Shown here: piece after piece, positions 57,936 to 64,000 of the stretch
How the letters are laid out: each line of letters starts with the position of its first letter
Position numbering within the stretch: the stretch's first letter is position 1
Assembly: GCA_001599295.1 (NCBI GenBank)
Contig: BCGN01000008.1
Span: forward strand, 1 to 64,000
Length of the DNA stretch: 64,000 bases
Reading direction: 5' to 3'
Source: Sporopachydermia quercuum
Lineage: Eukaryota
Notes under the pieces: generated by a model
The model's database searches: none
Told to the model about the DNA's origin: nothing
The model's input: the letters and a program-made list of their open reading frames with translations, nothing else
Made by a program: the position numbers and the translations under genes

Positions 57936-59098
57936 TTTTGAATACTTGTTGTAGATATATTAATTTACCAAGAGCTCACCAAGTCGTTAAATGTTCAATA
58001 TTGTAAATGAGTATGGTTTTTTCCTTTATTGTGGTATCACCCTATCTGTGCTCTGTAACCCTTTTTCTATTTCCGGCGTTTCCTGCCAATGATTTCCGGA
58101 ATACGTTCCTGATATCATTCATAAGCTCACAATTACTGTATTATCCCGAAGTCCAGCAATAGGGGAATTCCTTGGGTTGATGCTAGTAAGTTGCAACTAA
58201 ATGTAATTTCTCCTCCGTTCTCAGTAATGAAATCACATATAGGCTGTTCAATGCAACGTTTAGATATGACCCAGTAAAAGTACCCTGTATATTTCTTCTT
58301 CTTTTAGCCACCTAAAACTATTGCAAGGTGTAAAACAGTGAAAATGCTTGATCTTGAACTAGAAGTAAAGTAAGTCGGAACTGATCGTCAATTTCTGACA
58401 CTATTGTATGGCAAATCGCTTACAAATTGAATAGATTGTTGATTTATAATATAGTTTATAGCATGAACTTGTTAGTAATATGAATAAAGTTGTAATTATA
58501 AATAAATAGATTATGTGATCAGTAAATACAAAGAGCTGGAATATTGTATATGCTTATGCAGGATTATGCAATATTCTCATACTATATATGTAACATATGC
58601 TTGGTAAGACTTGGCTTTAGTACAATATGTAAGATATATGATGTCAAACGAACTAGAGAGAAAAGGTATTATTGATAAACCTATAAGGCTGGAGGTATAT
58701 TTATATGAGTGTAAGTATCATGTTGTTTGAACCTATACGGAGTTCATCAGGTAGACGTAGTTTGTAGCGCCGGTTTCGATGCTCCTGGAGAGAGTGCAGT
58801 GGTCATGCCCTAAAGTTGCAGAATAATGGAATAATAGAGATATACTCATTATTCTCTTTAGCATCTGTGAAGGTGTTTAGTAAGAAGACATTTTGCTCTT
58901 GATTTGTCGCCATATTCTAATTGGAAAGTGAATCACTCCGTGATCTGTTCGAAAAGGAATATGCAACACTGAGGAAGCAATTTGAAAACAATCTCTCTTG
59001 ACCACTCAGCGCAATGTAATCCCCGCTAAGGTATCATTTCCATTTTCATTTCCATTTCCTATTGTACCAGACAAAATTTTATGGTAAAATGTCAAGAA

Positions 59099-59908
59099 TC
59101 AGCCAGAGTCACTATTCACCGAAATCTTTTCATTAGCCTCCCTTAAAATTTTACCAATTGCCTGAAACTTCGTTAGTACTTTACTATCTTTCTCTTTCAC
59201 ATCACTGTCTTTCTCTGTAGATTCCTCCTCAGCTTCATCCTTCATTTCTTTATCTCCATTATCATCCCAGGACCTATCTAATACATGTGTCCTACTTATC
59301 TTATCAGCCATTTCCCTCAATCGTTTCTCCACGTTGCGACATGTGGTTTCGATATGCTCTATCTCCTTGGTTTCTTGTTCGATTTGACCCTTCAATAGGT
59401 TAATCAGAGACTCACGAGATTGATGCGGTCGATACTCATTGATCAAATGATGAATATTGATTAGTATTATTCTGATATCTTCCAATTTCTCAGGAAACTT
59501 TTCTGGATTACTTGACATCAACCCTATAATTTCCAGAAAGTTCAAGAGCAAAGATTTAGTCAGCTTTTTCAATTCGTTGATTTTCCATACTGACTCTTGT
59601 TCCGTGCTGTAATTTGATTCACTCTCTTTGTACAGTTGTTTCATACCTAAGGACGATAGTGATTCAATCTTATCTTCTGTTTGCCATATATTACCGAAAG
59701 CTCTATACACAGAACCTTTTGGGTTGTCTGGTGGTATTAAAAAAGTCAATTCATGAGGTATTTTTGCTGAAAGTTTCCCATCGTCATCAAACTCTTGCTG
59801 TTCCCTTAATTCCTTAAGTCTGTTAATATTCTCATTCGTGAAAAATCGAACAAAAGGAGGAGGAGGAGGAAAAACTGCTGCTAAGTCAGAATCTTCCTGT
59901 CCTGCCAT
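59099..59908 (-). CDS. MED7: Mediator subunit Med7
   Basis: FPPPPPFVRFFT..LIPP..YRAFG..ELKKLTKSLLLNFLE..INIHHLINEYRPHQSRESL. Confidence 0.93.
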   Translation of the reverse strand: MAGQEDSDLAAVFPPPPPFVRFFTNENINRLKELREQQEFDDDGKLSAKIPHELTFLIPPDNPKGSVYRAFGNIWQTEDKIESLSSLGMKQLYKESESNYSTEQESVWKINELKKLTKSLLLNFLEIIGLMSSNPEKFPEKLEDIRIILINIHHLINEYRPHQSRESLINLLKGQIEQETKEIEHIETTCRNVEKRLREMADKISRTHVLDRSWDDNGDKEMKDEAEEESTEKDSDVKEKDSKVLTKFQAIGKILREANEKISVNSDSG

Positions 59909-60721
59909 TTTGATAGATGTATTAAGACGTATTTTGATCGAATTGCTATAGTGAAAACTTCACCTCTGCTAATTGTTAACTTATTTAGTGCATTAGTGTG
60001 CTATACCATTGGAGATATCGTAAAATTGAAGAAATGTTTGTTGATCCGGCGAGAATAAGAGAGGAATGTCAGAGTAGAATAGCGGATATGATTAAGTATC
60101 TCCGAAATCTGACTGCAGGATTTCTGGAGACTACAATCTAGGGATAGTCGTTCTGGATAACAGCACACAAATTTAATAGCGGAAGTAAGCTTTCAGCTAG
60201 ATTCTATCCATTGAATATAATATTAAACTATAAATAGTGAAAAATTTCACTCTAGAATATAACATTATCAATGTAATCGACCATCGTAGCACCCTCGATC
60301 TCTCCTACTAAATACTACTATTACCTCCGAAGTTTTAGTCCCATAAACCACTCTACATGTCCAAAATGATGTCCCATATTCTTATTTGTCTTGTCTCTCC
60401 ATCGCCTTCACATATCTAACCTAAGATAGCCACCTTAGGAGTTACTTACCGGACAAACTACTTCTTTCTCCACAATGCAACAAACGATCAAGGAGAATTG
60501 GCGAAAAAGAAGGCATAATTTTTATCCAATTATTCAAATATACATTAGTCTTTCAATCACTAATATCAGTTACCAGTAACTATCAGTTTATTGAAAGAAA
60601 TCTGCTGCTGCTTTGTTCTTCCTCTTTTGCGGGCATCCGTTGACTTATTCAGTGTCCAGTACTATCAAGACTCTCATTGTGCTTCTCTTAGCCCAATCAC
60701 TCATTATAGAGATAGACAACA

Positions 60722-61882
60722 ATGTTGAGTTCAATTGCTAATAGATCTCGGGCCCCTAAATTTCAGCTAGAAATTGATATTAGCGAGCTCACTAATATTC
60801 CCCAAGTATCTGGGAGAGTTTATGCAAAATGGAGGGTGAAAGGTAGTCCTAAACAAACATCTAGAGGTCATACTGAGATGGCATCCATCAAACACCATTC
60901 AGCAACATGGCATCATCATGGAACAACGACAGTGAGAGTGCCGATGGATAGAAATAAAGCACTACTTGAAAGAAATTTACTACTATCTGTCTATTCTCAA
61001 ACCGAGCATCGTCATTCTTCTACTAAAAGCTCTTCAGCTGAATCATCAAAGGTTCCCGCTAGTAGTTCTTCCTCTGTGACTCCTAAAACGAAGAGATCAG
61101 ATTCATCATCAACAAACTCCATGGATAAGAAAGTGCCACCAAAAGTGACTGGTAACAGCAGTGAAGGCAACAATAATCATAATCATTCAGCTACCAAAAC
61201 GCTGATAGGAAGACTAGATATTAACCTGGCCGAATACGCCGATAGTGAAGAACCAACAGCTAACAGGTACTTATTACAGGAATCGCGTACTAACTGTATT
61301 TTGACAATACGCATATCAATGAATCTACTGAAAGGTGAGTCTGATTTTATTGTGCCACCAATGAAATCAACCCAGATGTTTGGTAGTATCGCTGGTGTTC
61401 TGACAGGTGTTGGAGAAGAGAAGCGTCAGAAACAATTAAAACCTTTACTGAGTGATCCGGTGATCGCACAACTAGTCCATAGAGTGCTCCAAATGCCTTG
61501 GGATGACCCAAAAGATACTACCACTGCGCATGATTTTGTGGAAGCTGTTTTTGCTGGCACAAGTGGAATACCTACCGGTTCAACCGCCACAGCTAATAAT
61601 ATCAATAATCCAAGTGTCGCACAATTGAGACGTACAAGAGTTTCTTCTGATGTAAGCATGATTTCTTCAGAGTCTTCCATAGCAATGAAAACAGCCAGTG
61701 ATGGATATTCTTCTCATAGCTTGGTACCCAGAACTAGTGATCTTCACATAGATGGAAGGAAACCTTTGGGATATGGTGCTAGATCAAGTGGAAGCAATGA
61801 TGAGATAAAAAACATCAACATCGGTGTGGTGAGCGAGAAAGAGGTTAGAGATGATTTGAAAAGTTGGGATATACATGTATGA
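60722..61882 (+). CDS. NT-C2 (EEIG1/EHBP1 N-terminal C2) domain protein
   Basis: PKFQLEIDISELTNIPQVSG..KWR..RGHT..IKHH..W, IGRLDINLAEYA, RYLLQESRTNCILTI, FIVPP. Confidence 0.75.
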   Translation: MLSSIANRSRAPKFQLEIDISELTNIPQVSGRVYAKWRVKGSPKQTSRGHTEMASIKHHSATWHHHGTTTVRVPMDRNKALLERNLLLSVYSQTEHRHSSTKSSSAESSKVPASSSSSVTPKTKRSDSSSTNSMDKKVPPKVTGNSSEGNNNHNHSATKTLIGRLDINLAEYADSEEPTANRYLLQESRTNCILTIRISMNLLKGESDFIVPPMKSTQMFGSIAGVLTGVGEEKRQKQLKPLLSDPVIAQLVHRVLQMPWDDPKDTTTAHDFVEAVFAGTSGIPTGSTATANNINNPSVAQLRRTRVSSDVSMISSESSIAMKTASDGYSSHSLVPRTSDLHIDGRKPLGYGARSSGSNDEIKNINIGVVSEKEVRDDLKSWDIHV

Positions 61883-64000
61883 TATAGATTAGGGTATGAT
61901 GTTCTACTTATGCTTATGTTACGCGTTGTATTATATGTAGAATATGCTATACAATAAGGATTAAAGAAAGGTTAGACATGTTGGTATCATTTATTATTAA
62001 TAGACGACTAGTATTATGGGGAAATAGTGACGGGGGTAGATTAATGCTCTAAGAATGAGAACGCGATAATTCAATAGAATTTACATAATCAGATTAATAG
62101 GTAATGATACTTATGACTTCTTGTGAGAGGACATAGTCATAATGATATTATACTATCATTTCTTGTACTGAACGTACAAGAAAATTACTATTCCGAATAT
62201 TGGTAAATGATTGCCTTCTTATTTTCTCATCCAATTATCTATATATATTCCCGCCCTTCGAGTAGAAAATTACCAGCGAATAGAAAGGAGCAAGGAGCAG
62301 AGTGGAAGGGAGACAAAATAAGCTGAGATAGCTCGAAACTGAAGCCCTTCTAAATTTGAAAATTCCAATTTACCTGATATGTCTTTTATAATGAACCTCT
62401 CGTCTGTTCATTATCTGTTTATTAGCAATGGGCGATCCGGCAAAAGGTCAGAGAAGTATGTTTTAGCAACCTAAACACTATAACACTGCACACCTAGAAA
62501 GATTGGTATTTCCAGCTATCACTCAAGTATAAACTGTTATTTCTATGGCAGAAATAATGTTCTTTTGTTTCCGTTATTCATACATATAGGACTTCAGAAA
62601 TAAATAATGATGAAATCAGGAGAAATGCTCAAAAACTCCTATATGTAATGTCACATGAAACATAGAATCTGATAACACAATCACGTGAATACTATTAATA
62701 ATACTGGTTATGTATAATCAGAACTAGATAATTGTCCAAGACATGGGAGAGATAGGACAAGGAAATGGAGTTTACCCGACTCAACAGTGGTAATTCATGT
62801 TGCATGTTGATATTAGTGTACATAAAGCTAAAGTAACATATGAAGTCAGCAATGCTTTTCCTTTTTTATCCATTGGAGACCTTTAGTTTCCTGCGCTATC
62901 TTCTTGCCAATAACAAGGTAAATAACTATGTTGTCAAGATCGGACAATCCAATTGAGAAATGCTTGTGGACAAATGTCTGAGACTAAGGTTCAATTAGAG
63001 AATTCTTTCCACATTTATATGCATGAACATACATGAATTTCTCAACTTAACCAGGGGAACAATAACGTCCGATAGAACTCTTATGATATAAAGTAAAGTG
63101 TATGAAGAAAAACAAAAATATCTTTCACAACAAACAAAATTTATTACAGTATCGATTGAAATGACTATCTCTGCACAAAAGAAGATTAAAAGCTTTTCTC
63201 ATTCTACATAATCTTTCCTTACCCTTTCTGTTCTAAGTTCTTCCTATTATTACCCGAATCAGCATATCTACGTCTCACTATAGGAGTGCAATTCGAACAA
63301 AACAACTGCCAGAACCAGCCTACCCCTGTGAAAATACTTTGCCATTAACCATAAATCAAGATTTTTATTCAAAGTCATAGGTCAAATCACATCCTAATCT
63401 TTTTCTATCCCACCGTCTAATTATCTTCTCTCTCATTCTTCTTTCCCTTTGTCCCGCTCCTCCTATCCATATATGCACGTTTACGCATAAATCTCTCCAA
63501 CATCCCCTCAAAAGTCCAGATCTTTAACAAATATCTGGCTGAGAATTTAAAGTTCTCACCTATCAATCAAATAAGGTTTTCCCTTTTCCTCGTTCATTTA
63601 TTTTTTGTAGTATATTATTTTGACTTTGTAACAACTATTGCACAGATTCCTGAGTAGAGATATTGTTACAGATTAAAATTTCTTCTTACTTGCCTCACAG
63701 GATCATGTTTATGATCATGATTACGATTATCAACAGATCAAAGAATTTGTTTTTTTATTCTATAAAGTTTACAGAACTACATTTTTCCACAGGCCAATTC
63801 CTTTCAGAAATAGCTAAGTCTTACAGGAATTCTGTCTCAGTTCATAGCCCGTTCATTCATTTAATCAATCAATCATTGTCCCTGTCTGTCATTATACGTT
63901 GTTCGATCGTTGGGATAGTAAGATTATATGATACGACACGCTTCTGATATTTTATCGCGGTAGACAACAGAACACATTGGTTTATTTTAACAAGGACTAG

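Noticed and set aside
58740..59040. Slightly GC-richer stretch with a small hairpin downstream of MED7, considered as RNase P/MRP or another ncRNA
   Set aside because: No diagnostic conserved motifs recognised; only a ~36-codon ORF.
63663..63947. 94-aa ORF near the window end
   Set aside because: TTG start, AT-rich, no motifs; probably promoter or leader of a gene beyond the window.

Overview
Eukaryotic, AT-rich window from an intron-rich budding yeast. An early-branching Saccharomycotina is my inference. CTG encodes a conserved Leu in the ILATNTSS motif at ~27490, so it is probably not a CUG-Ser clade species. I reconstructed 26 protein-coding genes and about 28 spliceosomal introns by hand (GTAAGT/GTATGT/GTACGT donors, CTAAC branch points). 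Genes in order: partial Flo11-domain GPI adhesin, velvet-domain regulator, MCH1, RRP3, SSF1, PIB1, RXT3, TRAPPC12-like, RPL31, DUS4, TRM11, a divergent Rab GTPase, 3-hydroxyacyl-CoA dehydrogenase, RPS19, two tandem F-box paralogs, RPL18, PAC10, DSC2, PEX8, KRI1, ALR1, EMW1, ATP11, PHA2, HRT1/RBX1 (absent from the ORF track), MED7 and an NT-C2 protein. A snR13-like box C/D snoRNA sits inside the intron of an apparently non-coding host transcript. The right two-thirds matches the S. cerevisiae YNL30x-31x/YOL12x-13x neighbourhood. Best leads: (1) a spliced velvet regulator next to a Flo11-type adhesin, (2) a pair of F-box genes rich in ambiguous bases inserted between RPS19 and RPL18, (3) a degenerate Rab18-like GTPase near the YPT11 syntenic position, (4) the intron-hosted snR13, and (5) FarA/Ctf1-type CCGAGG sites upstream of the fatty-acid and peroxisome genes. 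All homology calls come from motif recognition, not database searches. No mobile elements, tRNA or rRNA genes were recognised.
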